The notes under the pieces were generated by a model. That model was not told the origin of the DNA and did not search any database. It saw nothing but the letters and a program-made list of their open reading frames with translations. Positions 8,823 through 19,470 of a DNA stretch of 64,000 nt are shown here, piece after piece; position 1 is the first letter of the stretch, and each line of letters opens with the position of its first letter. Source of the DNA: a virus (lineage: Duplodnaviria; Caudoviricetes). Position numbers and translations under genes: made by a program. The stretch lies in the IMG/VR virus record IMGVR_UViG_3300010167_000013, one strand, 5' to 3'.

Positions 8823-10616
8823 TTAATACCTTCCTGTTAGATATGTTCCATTCTCAAACCTTTCCAGTAGCTTGGAGAAGAACTCATCTGCAATTATTCC
8901 CTCAGAGAAATAATTCCCAACTTGACCTAGTGATGCTTTCCTCTGTTTGGAGTATGTATCTAATGATGGGATAAGTCCAGCTAGGTTGCACATGTAATCA
9001 TTCAATGTTTCATTGAATAAGAAAGACGCTGGATCATGTGCTGGAGAAATAGCCATGGCATTGTACAGTTCCCCAATGGTAAAGTTTACTCTGACAGTGA
9101 GAGGAAACCCATGAACAGATACATGTTTGGCAGATGGGTTTTTCACGATAGTCATCTGTTTGACTATGCCAAGTTCACATGTACACATCCCAGGAATGTA
9201 TGACTGTACCAAGAATGGAGATGCTGTTGTGTTTGATGTTATCATTCTAGGAGCTGCTAATCCAATTAGATGCATCAGTGGAACCACTATATTCATGTAG
9301 TAGTTGTACAGATCTCCATATGGAGTAGTCAATGTTATTGTGTACTCGTAATCCATTGTGGACTTGGATGACTTGTATATCTCAGGATAAATCATCTTCT
9401 GTCCCTTCAGAGACTTGAGAGCACCCGAGAATAGGTTAGATAGATACCCAGATCCTGTGACTGGTTGGATTAGCTTTCCAAGATTCAGCGCAGCATCTCC
9501 AACGGTATCTCCGAGAAATCCAACTAAGCCTTCGATTATTCCATTATCTGCTCTTGAGTTTGTGAAGAAAGCTATCTCTGAACCGATACCCTCGCTGATA
9601 CCACCTACCGTTGATTCAATAAATGATTCCCCGGTAGTATTACTCAAACTCTCTGTGAATGCAACAGGTTCCACCAGAAACATTAGCGATGTTATTTTCT
9701 TGGAAGCAACATCATACATGGTACTTTCACCTGCAGTATCAAATGCCTTTTGGACACTGTCTTTGAACGTATCTAAGACTCCATCGAATATTTCTGTGTC
9801 AAATACGGCATTTAGAATTGCATCCTTGGCGAAGTCAATTACCTTTCCTCCAATTTCAATTGCTGATCCAAGTACTCCCTTGACAGTACCAAGCATGGTA
9901 TTGGTGTCAATATAAGCTCCAATATGCTCAGTTACTGTCTTGATATACGAACCTTCTCCAACCATCATTCGATAGTTTTCCCATCTGAGTGTTTGGAACA
10001 CATCGAATCTTTCTCCTCCTGCAGTATTGATGAATGTCCCTTGAGGATATGGGGAGTCGATGACAACCTTCTGCTTGTCAGGATCAAGTTCATTATCAGC
10101 TAATCCAAGAAATATAGCCATTGATCTGCACATGTAATTTACATACTGCATGTACTCAACATATGTTTCCCGAAATCCAAACATCCTCCTCTGAAGTGTA
10201 GCTCCTTTTGAGAAGGGAGACATCTTGGCCAAACTCAACAGCATAGATTGCATGAATGTTGTATTGTCACTCTGGACATCCTTGTATGCATTAGTGAATA
10301 ATTCAATGATCCCTAGTCCATCACTGCCTCCAGTGTATCTTGGCATTCCTGGTTTGATATGAAGAATCGGGCTGTATAGAAGGAAGTTTCTCAAGTACTC
10401 TGATCCAACGTAAGGATTCACGGTATCAAATCTTTTATCAACCGTATCAAGCAATTGGTATGGAGCTCCAAATAATTTATTTGAGTAATTCGCTAACGCT
10501 CCTGAGAATCCTCCTCTTCCTGTTTCAGGATTTTGCCGATGAATTCCCTCCAAGGATGTTAATTCTTCTGTCAGTATACTCTCCATGACTTTAATCGGGT
10601 CATATTCTTCTGGCAT
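8823..10616 (-). CDS. Virion structural protein (baseplate/tail-tube initiator-like)
   Basis: Directly downstream of the tape measure. YPEIY..S..TPYG..SPFLV pattern resembles phiKZ-type tail proteins. Start moved to MPEEY (AGGTGA RBS), below the terminator. Confidence 0.6.
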   Translation of the reverse strand: MPEEYDPIKVMESILTEELTSLEGIHRQNPETGRGGFSGALANYSNKLFGAPYQLLDTVDKRFDTVNPYVGSEYLRNFLLYSPILHIKPGMPRYTGGSDGLGIIELFTNAYKDVQSDNTTFMQSMLLSLAKMSPFSKGATLQRRMFGFRETYVEYMQYVNYMCRSMAIFLGLADNELDPDKQKVVIDSPYPQGTFINTAGGERFDVFQTLRWENYRMMVGEGSYIKTVTEHIGAYIDTNTMLGTVKGVLGSAIEIGGKVIDFAKDAILNAVFDTEIFDGVLDTFKDSVQKAFDTAGESTMYDVASKKITSLMFLVEPVAFTESLSNTTGESFIESTVGGISEGIGSEIAFFTNSRADNGIIEGLVGFLGDTVGDAALNLGKLIQPVTGSGYLSNLFSGALKSLKGQKMIYPEIYKSSKSTMDYEYTITLTTPYGDLYNYYMNIVVPLMHLIGLAAPRMITSNTTASPFLVQSYIPGMCTCELGIVKQMTIVKNPSAKHVSVHGFPLTVRVNFTIGELYNAMAISPAHDPASFLFNETLNDYMCNLAGLIPSLDTYSKQRKASLGQVGNYFSEGIIADEFFSKLLERFENGTYLTGRY

Positions 10617-10655
10617 ATCGTCACCTACTTTATTTGTTTTAATATGAGTGTTACA

Positions 10656-10689
10656 AATATGGGAAGGGGTAATTACCCCTTCCCATATT
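10656..10689. terminator. 34-bp perfect palindrome after tape measure gene
   Basis: AATATGGGAAGGGGTAA|TTACCCCTTCCCATATT. Confidence 0.7.
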
Positions 10690-10690
10690 A

Positions 10691-13600
10691 TCACGGTTTC
10701 ACAATAGATTGAATAGATCTTGTGTTTCCACTATTGTGTAGACTCGGTTTACTTGAACTTTTGATTTTCCCTAGATTGCCAATGGCTGTTCGAAGCCCAG
10801 TATCTACTCCGAATTCTTTTTGATTGAGTGAATCTAGGTAGTCAGATGAGTTACCTGTGTTACCATTGATCTCTCTGAGTTCTATCAACATTTCTCTGAA
10901 TAGAGACTCAAGATTCCCAGATCCTTGGTTCAATTGGTAGCTGAAATCATCCATTCCTAGTCCACTAGTTGTTGGTCGATACGACGGACCCCCTCTTCCT
11001 CCAACACTAACTCTACCAGTTGGTATTCTTCTACCGGATAGTTTCATTTGTGGAGGTTGAGACTTCATGTATTTCTGGTTTCCTGATGATAGGCCTGGCC
11101 CACCCATTCCTGGATTAATAACTGTCGCATCGGTACTATTCGGTGGTCTTACGTCTTTATCCGATTTGACAGATTCTGCATAAAAACGATTGCTAGCAGC
11201 ATTCGCGTAACTAATTCGTTTGTCAATCATAGGGTTACCGGCTCTTGTGAATGTGGCCTCAAATAACCTTGTTGCTTGTTTAATATCTCCAATTCTCTTA
11301 AAAGCGTCGAACCCTTCTGGAAGTGCATTAGCTCTTCTATCATCAAGTGCCTTCTGCCATGCTTGTCTATCAGAGGCTGATCCCTTATCTGACAAAAGCC
11401 CTTGCATTCTCCATCCAATGTGCTGCCCTGGGTATGGCCTATTTTTACTCAACTCTTCCCAGAGGAACTCCAGCTGGGTTTCCAAGTCATCCCAAGGTTT
11501 CCCTTTCTTCCTAGCAAACTCTTCTAGATCTTCAAAACGTCCCCCAACTTCCCATTGCGCAATTCCACGTCCTCGTCCAGCCCCACCAGCTTGCATTGAT
11601 TTCGGATTCAACCCAGACTCCTGTTGAAGATTACCAATTATTGCCGAAGTGGCTTCATGACTCAACCCTTTGCCTCTAAAAAAATTGTATATCTTTGCTG
11701 CATTATCAGCATCAGAGCTTATAAATCCTTCAGCCGTATTAGATCCACCGAACATTTCATTGCCCATGACATATGCTAGTTTTACTGCATTGATCATACT
11801 ATTACGGTACCCCTGATCTGAACTAAGATTGGAAGCTGAGTCTATATACCATAGACAAAAATGCCCACCGTAATTTGGAGCACCATTCCAAGGTGGTCCG
11901 TCCAGATTCCCTTGAGCTAGTCCATTATTTGAACCAGTAACAATTTTCTTATGATGAGGATAACTATGAGTGGAAGTTGCTATTAACCTACCATTCACTT
12001 TGAGAACTGTGGGAAGAGCTGTCCAATTCCATTTTCCTCCTGCAGCCATCCTTTTTATCTCGGTATCATCTCTAGTTACCGGTTCATAGTCGGTGTGAGT
12101 TGTAACACCATTTCCTGTTCCGTGTATCATATAACTAGTTTTAGAATTGAGATCAATTAATTCAGCTACACCACTCCACTTAACATCCTCCATCTCTGCC
12201 CTTGTGAGTAATTCGACAGGGCCCTTTACTCCGGCTAGATCTGAATCTGTTATTCTGAGATTTTCCGTATACGAACCACTCGGAGTTGACTTCTCAGTAG
12301 AAAACCATGATTGTTTTCCTTCTTCGTCGCTCTTATATGATAATCCCAATAATCCCAGAAAGCGTTTTCCAACACCTGAGACCCAACTTATTAAGTTATC
12401 GAACCAGCTTTTTTCTTCCTCTGGTTCTTCATTGTAGTATTCTGATAATACTTGAGCTCTTCCCACTCCGTAAGTCGTTGATTGATCGATAGATCTTCCC
12501 AACATAGACGTTGGATCAATTGGACTTTTTGTCTGCATGTCATTTATTTCATAATGTAAATGTGGGCCAGTAGAACGTCCAGTTGTACCCATATCGCCTA
12601 ATATTGATCCAGCTCTTACATTGGCTCCTCTCCTGATGTTAGAAGGTATGCTATTATCCTTCAAATGCCAATTTTTTATTAGCAGACCGCTATCAGTTAC
12701 GTAATCTACATAGTTGCCATATATGTTGTCCTGACCAGTATCGAGAACTTTTCCTGGAATCATTGCCATAACTTCTGCTTCATTGCTGTTATCTGCTGGG
12801 ACAATATCAATACCACTATGCCAGTTATCCTTCCTCCATGAACTATACCCATATGGATCTGTTACCCTAAAAGGTTTCCCAAGTGGGTTAGACATAATAT
12901 TCTTTTGAGATGTAGCAGCAGGTGATGTATAACCACTCATCATCCTTTGCATTTGAGGATCCATGTTCCCCCATGATCTCTCATCAATATAACCTGGTCT
13001 CGTAGGAAGACCTTCACCGCCTACTTCTAGAGGAACCCCACTATGTTCACTAGCGAACTCAGAAGTATAGTCCCTGGCCTTTCCTAATAATCCAATGAAG
13101 CTATCCCATATTCCTTTTCCAAGGTTTTTTATCCCTCCAAATATTTGTGGAACTATCAGAGAGGGAAGATTCACTATTTTTGACAAGTATGTGGCTGCAA
13201 CACCAAGCCCTCCGATGCTACTTCCTTCTGGAATATCTGGCGCTTTCCAGTATTCTCTGCTAAATACTGATATTTTCCCTTGTCTTGCGTCATTAATTGT
13301 TTTCTCTCCTGCTTCAACAATAGAAGCTAAAGATCCACCATCAAAATTTTTAAATTTTTCTGACGCTTTGGATCCTATGTACCCAATCATGGCAGGAACT
13401 GCATTCAATACTCTGTGTGTGAATCCGAAAATCTTTGATAGTTTTCCAAGAGGTTCATCCTCTTCGTCGTTGAATGACCAATACTCTTTACCAAAAATAT
13501 GTATTTCTCCAGATTTTACTTTATTTACGTCTTCTTCAGCATCTGATATACCAGATGAAGCGGAACCTATAAAGTTTTTAATTCCTTTCATCATATTAGA

Positions 13601-16600
13601 TCCAAGGAATCCTATCATTGCTGGAACAATGTTTAGTAGTCTATGCGTAAATCCGAATACTTTAGCAAGCTTTCCTAGAGGATTTTCCGTTTCCTCGGCA
13701 TCAGATGACCAGTAGTCCCTATTAAAAACTGTCATTTCTCCAGATCTAACCTTATCTATGTCCTCTTCAGCATCGGATATACCTTGAGGAATAGACGTGA
13801 CTAAGCTCTTAATTCCTTTGAACATTCCTTTGAATACATCAACTAACCCTTTTATTGGCATTCCCATAAAACCTATAGCAGCATGCATAGATTTCTTTAG
13901 CCCATAGTTTGGATCATCTTCGCTAACTGTAAGTACATCTCCTTGTTCTCCGGTAAGTATCCATTTCATGTTTCCTGCAACTAAATCTTTTGCGAATTTT
14001 CCAACATCAAACGCCCCAGATGCTTTTTCTTTGATCTTTGATCCAAACTCCTTTAGCCCGGCCCCAATCCCACTTGCGACATTACTAACACCAGTTTTAT
14101 CGAGCACCCCTTTAAGCCCACCGCTAGTAGCAACAGATCCATCCTCATTGTATTGAATGTTCCCTTCAGCATCTAAGAGAGTTTTACCTGTCCATAGACG
14201 CTTTCCAGTTCCACGGTTTACCATGTCATTGAATGTTGACATGTCTAGGCTGGTGCCGAACTTTTCATTATATTGTGCTAGCTCTTCTTCCATTCCTGAT
14301 TGTTTTTCCTCTAACCTTGATTGCCCATCCGGAACTATACTAGAATAAATTAACTCTGCAAGAAGTTGTCGTAATCCTTTCCCACCATTTAATGGAGCAA
14401 TTACAACATCAATAATCTCAACAAGTCCAACATAAGGCAGATTAAATACAGCTCCTAATCCCGTAGCTATAGCTTTCATAGGGCCATCAGCATCTTTAGG
14501 CTTTACTCTAAACAAGTTCTCAACGTTACATGCCTGGATTATGGCACCAGCTCCAGCCATTACTGCAATACCAATACCGGTAATAGCTACTGCTGTGTCT
14601 TTAATGCCAAGCTTGGTAAGAAGACCCGTAAACTTCGACATCAATGGTTGGAGGATTTTCTCCGTCATCTTATTTCCGATACTTTCGAATAATCCTATGA
14701 CCTTTGGAGCTGCATTGGGAAATATTTTATTCAAAGCATTACCAATAGACGGAAGAAGTTTCTCTGTAATTAATTTTCGTACTTTTCCAGCTACACCTTT
14801 GCCTGTTATAGCATCCTTAGTTACTTTGATTTGAGCAGCGGCTCCAGCAGCACGTCCACCCATCTCAGCCCAGTTCTCATCAACACCAAAAGCTGTTAAA
14901 GCTTTATTAACAACTTTCTGGGCACCCCAACCCGCTACTCCTCCAATTGCTAGAGAAGTTCCAAAGCTGGAGATGCCGCCACCAACAGCTCTTCCAGATC
15001 TTCCAAGTGGATCATCTTTAAGAGCTTTAGCTTTATCATAAGCAGTGGTAGATTGCCTCTGCATATCCAATGCTCTACTTGTAGCTGATGAGGGATCTGC
15101 CAACGCCTGTTTCATAGTTTGGCCACTGGCCATTCGTTGATTTAATCCTTGAGATGCTAAATCTTTAGCCGAGGATTTTAAAATATCTCCTTTAGCGGTA
15201 TAAGCTACGGAACTTGATCCACGCCTTAAGACCTGTTGTACCATATGTTGCCATGGGCGATTTCTTGCTCTAGTCGCATTTACGTTAGTTATATCGTTTC
15301 CAGCGGCATCCGTTTGAACATGATAGATGTCGGCAACAGGATTTATATAATCCACTGCACTATCTGTTCTTATATCGAATGGAGCTGTCACCATATTGTA
15401 CACAGCATTCGGATCTTTGGAATCTTTCCCGTTCTTAATCCAGTCCAATAGGTTAGCACCAGCTGTAAGAATATTATTTCCAATGCCACCGAGAAGATTT
15501 CCTGCAAAATCTCGGAAGTCTTTATTAAATATTGCAAGAGCTGCTAATGCTCCTCCTGCCAACGCTTTCCAATTAGAAAGAAAGCCACTAACAAGTTTAG
15601 ATATCAAAGACTCTTTTTTATCCTCTTCCTCTGGTTTCTTTCTTTTGTAGTTTATAAGTGATTTTATTCTTGATATTATATTACCTTTATTAGGCTCTTC
15701 TTTAGCAGCTTCGTCTACTACACCAATAAAATCCTTGGCTTCATTATTGTCAACATGGTCTCCGTCCGATGTCATTATGCCAGCAGTATTCATTGCAGCA
15801 TTAGCAGCTGCAACTGCATCAGCTTTTCTATCAGCCCTTTTATTCATCTTTTTTAATTCTTCTGCAGATGTACTAGTGCTTTCAGCTATTACTTGTTCTT
15901 CTACGCTAGCAGTAGATTCCTTCATACCTCCCCAGAACTTAGATCTCTTTTTCTCATTATGCTTCTGCCAGGTCTTGTAGTTCTCATAGATGTTTTCTTC
16001 AGAGGCATTGTTATTATCTATGAGAGCATTTCTATCTTTGCTTCTCTTGGAAATCATACCTCGACCGCCAATTGCGTTACCTTTCTCATCGTACCTGGTT
16101 TCTCCAGCAATCATCCTAGCAACCAATCCCATTGCACCGCCTGCTGCAGCACCACCGGCACCAACTGCTCCACGGAATAAATTACCTAGTAGAGTTATTG
16201 GAGCTTTTGCAATTGCAGTTACAGCCTTGAATGGGGCTAGGATTATTTTCCCAATAATACTAAATACTTTGCCAAAAGCGGTATTTGCTGAATTAGTAAT
16301 CCGATCTTTTATTGCAGCCCCTATGTCGGAAAGAGGTCCCATGATGTTCTTCTTCAAAACATCTCCGAGTTTTTTGAACGATTTCCCTACTTGGTACTTT
16401 ATTGGGTCGATAATACTATTTACCGCTCTTGTGACCAACCCATCTTTCTCATCGCCCTTTTCCTTCTTACCGAATAGAGTTTTCTTTATTTTATCTCCAA
16501 TTCCAGTAGCAGATAAAGCGTTCCCAGCCAAAGCCCCGAACAGAAGACCAAACGGGCCACCTAATAAACCAGCTCCAGCAAATGCACCAAAAGACGTACT

Positions 16601-18922
16601 CAGCAATTTCTTCCGTTTTGCTTCTACGCCTTCTTCTTCTTTTTCACCTGGGGTACTAAAATTGAAAAAGCCCTTGACTTCATCAAACCATTTGCTAGCG
16701 TTCTGTTTAGTCCCCTTGAACATATTCGAAACACTTTCTTGAACAAAACCAAAGATTCCTTTATTCTCTTTGACCTTGGTAATGATTGCATCTCCGCTGT
16801 TTGTATCTGTACCTGATTGATATTCATATGGTGTTCCAAATAATTTATGCTTCAAGTAGCCACTGATATTTCCAAATGAATCATTTATTCTGGTGAGACC
16901 CTTCTTCATGGCATCCCCACCAACTTGAGTAACATCCCTGACAATCAAACCAAATGCATTTTTTACGTCATCGGCGTTTCCACGGAAAAGTGCATTCGCT
17001 AAGTTTCCACCTCGTTGTTTACCCCAACGAGCGAATCTAGCCCCTCCGGAAATATCTTCTACTGATCCATCCTCTAGAGTTTGATTCCTCAACTCATTCG
17101 GACTACCGTCATCGTATCCCCCGCCACCAAACACTGTTCTCTCATTGGCAGCTAACTTCGGAGGTCTGATCATCTTAGGTCTGTACCCAGCTGGTTTCGT
17201 AAGATACGAATCGTCTAGTTTCGTGTACGGTTCTTTTGCTCTTGCAGCGCCTTTAGCACTTCCAACTTGATATACATTGATACCTTCATTCAATCGACGA
17301 TATATTTCATACAGAGCCATATTTGTGTAGCTAACACCTGATGCTTGTGTGACAGGATCCCTGTCGCTAAGTGCACTTTTAGCTCCATACTCTCTCTGAA
17401 TGGTATCTCTGTCTAATGCTACACTGGTACTCTTGACTGGCATATTGTTGCCATACGCACGTTCCTGGCTAACATAGTCTTTCATTCTTCGATTGGAAAT
17501 CACATTCAATTTACCGATCTGATTTACCACATCGAATAATTCAAATGAATCCAACGACGACATTGTTTTCAGGAATGATTTGCGATCAGCCTCACTGACA
17601 TTGACACCACGAAGCATCTTGTTCATGGCATCTTCTAATTTAGCAGAACTCTGCAGAGTTTCTCTGGCTCCTGATGTGGTAGCTCCTATTTCATTCAACA
17701 GGAGATCATACATCATCCTGCCGGATTTGCTATTCCCAACCTTATTCTGGATGGACTTCCTAGAATCATACAACGTATTTGTGTTAGCCGACATTCGGCG
17801 GAACTCATTCCTGGCAGCTCCTCTAGATGTGAACTGCCCGGATCTATAATTGTATGTAACCTCGGGTCCACCTAGAGCAACCAATATCCTTGACAAATAT
17901 CCAGGAATAGCTTGAGTAATAGCTTCCTTTGTCACAGTATCAAATGGTACTGCTTTCAATTCCAGAGAAGAACGTTTGGTTGATACATCTTTCCGATTGG
18001 CATCAATTCCAAACAATTTTCCAATCTGTCCTCTGAAGCTGTAATTATTTGAATTCTCTCCAAGTCTGATCAGGGATCCTAGTATCACATCACCAACAGC
18101 TTTGTCGAGAGCTTGCATATTTCCTTTCATGTTCGGAGCTATTTTATTTAGACCGGCCCCTATTCCCATCTTGATGAAATCTTGTGGGGTTGCCTGTCCA
18201 CCCATTTGGAATAACATGGGTATCATCGAGAACAAAGCTCCATATTCAGAATTCTTCAGATTGCCTTTTACCATCTTCTTGTATTCTGAGAAGAACCCTG
18301 AACCACCCTTGAATATATCTTCTTTGGATGATTTACTAGCATTGGCAGCCACTGTAGTTTCAATAAGAGTGGCTGTGTTCTTTGACAACACTTCTAGGAT
18401 TTTGTTGAGTGTGGTGTTAGTTTTGTCAAACCCAGAAGATATGACAGCTGTTTGCTTGTCTATCGATGTCAACAGATTTGCTGTAGCAGATAACTGAGCC
18501 TCGACCATTTTATGAGAACTCTCTACCACGGTCTTCGAAATTTGATTTGCGTTCCTTCCCCACTCGGTTGTTTGAAGTTCTGCTAACTCACCGGGGTCAT
18601 CCACTTCTATATCAAAAGCTAATTGTGAATCAGTGTCTCCCATATCACTGAAGTCGTTTTCTTTCTGAAGATACCAACTGGTGATTCTTCTCCAACCCTG
18701 TTGAAGATTCATCTGTCTGATCTTTGGTAATATGGAAGAATTGGTGTTGGCAAAGGTAGATTGCAATTCCTGCATAGTCTCTTTTGCTCCTGATACTGTT
18801 GATCCAACAACTGGCATTACCTCGGCTATATATTCCCCAGTAGCACCAGTGATATATCCAGCAGTTTTCTTCAAAAATTCTGCTGCAACATTTCTTTTTT
18901 TACTTCCAATAGAAGCACTCAT
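10691..18922 (-). CDS. Tape-measure-like tail protein with M23 peptidase, His-Cys wall-enzyme domain and phage tail lysozyme
   Basis: 2743 aa, Gly/Ala-rich helical. M23 HSGID...HL...STGPHLHYE; HTDYEP..DT..W.W..PH..GHFC; IIGNLQQESGLNP...GRGIAQW. Confidence 0.85.
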   Translation of the reverse strand: MSASIGSKKRNVAAEFLKKTAGYITGATGEYIAEVMPVVGSTVSGAKETMQELQSTFANTNSSILPKIRQMNLQQGWRRITSWYLQKENDFSDMGDTDSQLAFDIEVDDPGELAELQTTEWGRNANQISKTVVESSHKMVEAQLSATANLLTSIDKQTAVISSGFDKTNTTLNKILEVLSKNTATLIETTVAANASKSSKEDIFKGGSGFFSEYKKMVKGNLKNSEYGALFSMIPMLFQMGGQATPQDFIKMGIGAGLNKIAPNMKGNMQALDKAVGDVILGSLIRLGENSNNYSFRGQIGKLFGIDANRKDVSTKRSSLELKAVPFDTVTKEAITQAIPGYLSRILVALGGPEVTYNYRSGQFTSRGAARNEFRRMSANTNTLYDSRKSIQNKVGNSKSGRMMYDLLLNEIGATTSGARETLQSSAKLEDAMNKMLRGVNVSEADRKSFLKTMSSLDSFELFDVVNQIGKLNVISNRRMKDYVSQERAYGNNMPVKSTSVALDRDTIQREYGAKSALSDRDPVTQASGVSYTNMALYEIYRRLNEGINVYQVGSAKGAARAKEPYTKLDDSYLTKPAGYRPKMIRPPKLAANERTVFGGGGYDDGSPNELRNQTLEDGSVEDISGGARFARWGKQRGGNLANALFRGNADDVKNAFGLIVRDVTQVGGDAMKKGLTRINDSFGNISGYLKHKLFGTPYEYQSGTDTNSGDAIITKVKENKGIFGFVQESVSNMFKGTKQNASKWFDEVKGFFNFSTPGEKEEEGVEAKRKKLLSTSFGAFAGAGLLGGPFGLLFGALAGNALSATGIGDKIKKTLFGKKEKGDEKDGLVTRAVNSIIDPIKYQVGKSFKKLGDVLKKNIMGPLSDIGAAIKDRITNSANTAFGKVFSIIGKIILAPFKAVTAIAKAPITLLGNLFRGAVGAGGAAAGGAMGLVARMIAGETRYDEKGNAIGGRGMISKRSKDRNALIDNNNASEENIYENYKTWQKHNEKKRSKFWGGMKESTASVEEQVIAESTSTSAEELKKMNKRADRKADAVAAANAAMNTAGIMTSDGDHVDNNEAKDFIGVVDEAAKEEPNKGNIISRIKSLINYKRKKPEEEDKKESLISKLVSGFLSNWKALAGGALAALAIFNKDFRDFAGNLLGGIGNNILTAGANLLDWIKNGKDSKDPNAVYNMVTAPFDIRTDSAVDYINPVADIYHVQTDAAGNDITNVNATRARNRPWQHMVQQVLRRGSSSVAYTAKGDILKSSAKDLASQGLNQRMASGQTMKQALADPSSATSRALDMQRQSTTAYDKAKALKDDPLGRSGRAVGGGISSFGTSLAIGGVAGWGAQKVVNKALTAFGVDENWAEMGGRAAGAAAQIKVTKDAITGKGVAGKVRKLITEKLLPSIGNALNKIFPNAAPKVIGLFESIGNKMTEKILQPLMSKFTGLLTKLGIKDTAVAITGIGIAVMAGAGAIIQACNVENLFRVKPKDADGPMKAIATGLGAVFNLPYVGLVEIIDVVIAPLNGGKGLRQLLAELIYSSIVPDGQSRLEEKQSGMEEELAQYNEKFGTSLDMSTFNDMVNRGTGKRLWTGKTLLDAEGNIQYNEDGSVATSGGLKGVLDKTGVSNVASGIGAGLKEFGSKIKEKASGAFDVGKFAKDLVAGNMKWILTGEQGDVLTVSEDDPNYGLKKSMHAAIGFMGMPIKGLVDVFKGMFKGIKSLVTSIPQGISDAEEDIDKVRSGEMTVFNRDYWSSDAEETENPLGKLAKVFGFTHRLLNIVPAMIGFLGSNMMKGIKNFIGSASSGISDAEEDVNKVKSGEIHIFGKEYWSFNDEEDEPLGKLSKIFGFTHRVLNAVPAMIGYIGSKASEKFKNFDGGSLASIVEAGEKTINDARQGKISVFSREYWKAPDIPEGSSIGGLGVAATYLSKIVNLPSLIVPQIFGGIKNLGKGIWDSFIGLLGKARDYTSEFASEHSGVPLEVGGEGLPTRPGYIDERSWGNMDPQMQRMMSGYTSPAATSQKNIMSNPLGKPFRVTDPYGYSSWRKDNWHSGIDIVPADNSNEAEVMAMIPGKVLDTGQDNIYGNYVDYVTDSGLLIKNWHLKDNSIPSNIRRGANVRAGSILGDMGTTGRSTGPHLHYEINDMQTKSPIDPTSMLGRSIDQSTTYGVGRAQVLSEYYNEEPEEEKSWFDNLISWVSGVGKRFLGLLGLSYKSDEEGKQSWFSTEKSTPSGSYTENLRITDSDLAGVKGPVELLTRAEMEDVKWSGVAELIDLNSKTSYMIHGTGNGVTTHTDYEPVTRDDTEIKRMAAGGKWNWTALPTVLKVNGRLIATSTHSYPHHKKIVTGSNNGLAQGNLDGPPWNGAPNYGGHFCLWYIDSASNLSSDQGYRNSMINAVKLAYVMGNEMFGGSNTAEGFISSDADNAAKIYNFFRGKGLSHEATSAIIGNLQQESGLNPKSMQAGGAGRGRGIAQWEVGGRFEDLEEFARKKGKPWDDLETQLEFLWEELSKNRPYPGQHIGWRMQGLLSDKGSASDRQAWQKALDDRRANALPEGFDAFKRIGDIKQATRLFEATFTRAGNPMIDKRISYANAASNRFYAESVKSDKDVRPPNSTDATVINPGMGGPGLSSGNQKYMKSQPPQMKLSGRRIPTGRVSVGGRGGPSYRPTTSGLGMDDFSYQLNQGSGNLESLFREMLIELREINGNTGNSSDYLDSLNQKEFGVDTGLRTAIGNLGKIKSSSKPSLHNSGNTRSIQSIVKP
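13130..13790 (-). repeat. Three roughly 75-aa internal repeats in tape measure
   Basis: GISDAEED..KV.SGE...F...YWS...PLGKL.K.FGFTHR.LN.VPAMIG twice, plus a diverged third copy. Confidence 0.75.
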
Positions 18923-19053
18923 CTATGATCTCACCTCACTTTCTATAAAAATAATCTAGCTGTTATTGTGCAAGTTTAATCAATTGGTTATCGAGATCAG
19001 CAGATAATCGATAAAAAAAGAAGATCCGAAGACCTTCTCTTTGAAGGAGAGTA

Positions 19054-19323
19054 TCAGAGATTTGCTAACTTCTCCATCTTGGTAATGTCATCCATATCCT
19101 CGTCATGAATGATTTCGTCGGCGTTCCAATACTTCTGTCCAAGGTGCAACAAGGAGCCTCCAATTGCAGCACCGGTGAAGTATAACCCCAGGTTCTTTAC
19201 CCATCTCGGTTTGACGTCAACATTGCCGAGTGCTTTGCCGACAACAAAGGATGCAAACCATGCTCCGGCCCAGTAGGATACTGCAATGATCTTTCCGAAC
19301 GGCACTTTCTCAAGTTTACTCAT
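19054..19323 (-). CDS. Small membrane protein
   Basis: Two hydrophobic segments, GGAGGT RBS, early motif 19370-19381. Confidence 0.7.
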   Translation of the reverse strand: MSKLEKVPFGKIIAVSYWAGAWFASFVVGKALGNVDVKPRWVKNLGLYFTGAAIGGSLLHLGQKYWNADEIIHDEDMDDITKMEKLANL

Positions 19324-19470
19324 AGCAATTTACCTCCCAATTAGATTATTTTTTCATTGCTATACTATTATAATATATAATCAGGCACAGAGCATATGCG
19401 ATTTACAATTATATATTCTATGTGAACCCAGTATAGTAACTTAGATTATTTTAATTCGGGAGGATAAGAT

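Noticed and set aside
5566-10616. Chimallin (nuclear shell) gene
   Set aside because: No ORF recognisable as ChmA by eye. Tubulin alone does not prove nucleus formation; a structural search is needed.
10617-10694. ORF-track N-terminal extension MIIWEG... of 8823-10694
   Set aside because: It runs through a terminator palindrome; the better start with RBS is at 10616.
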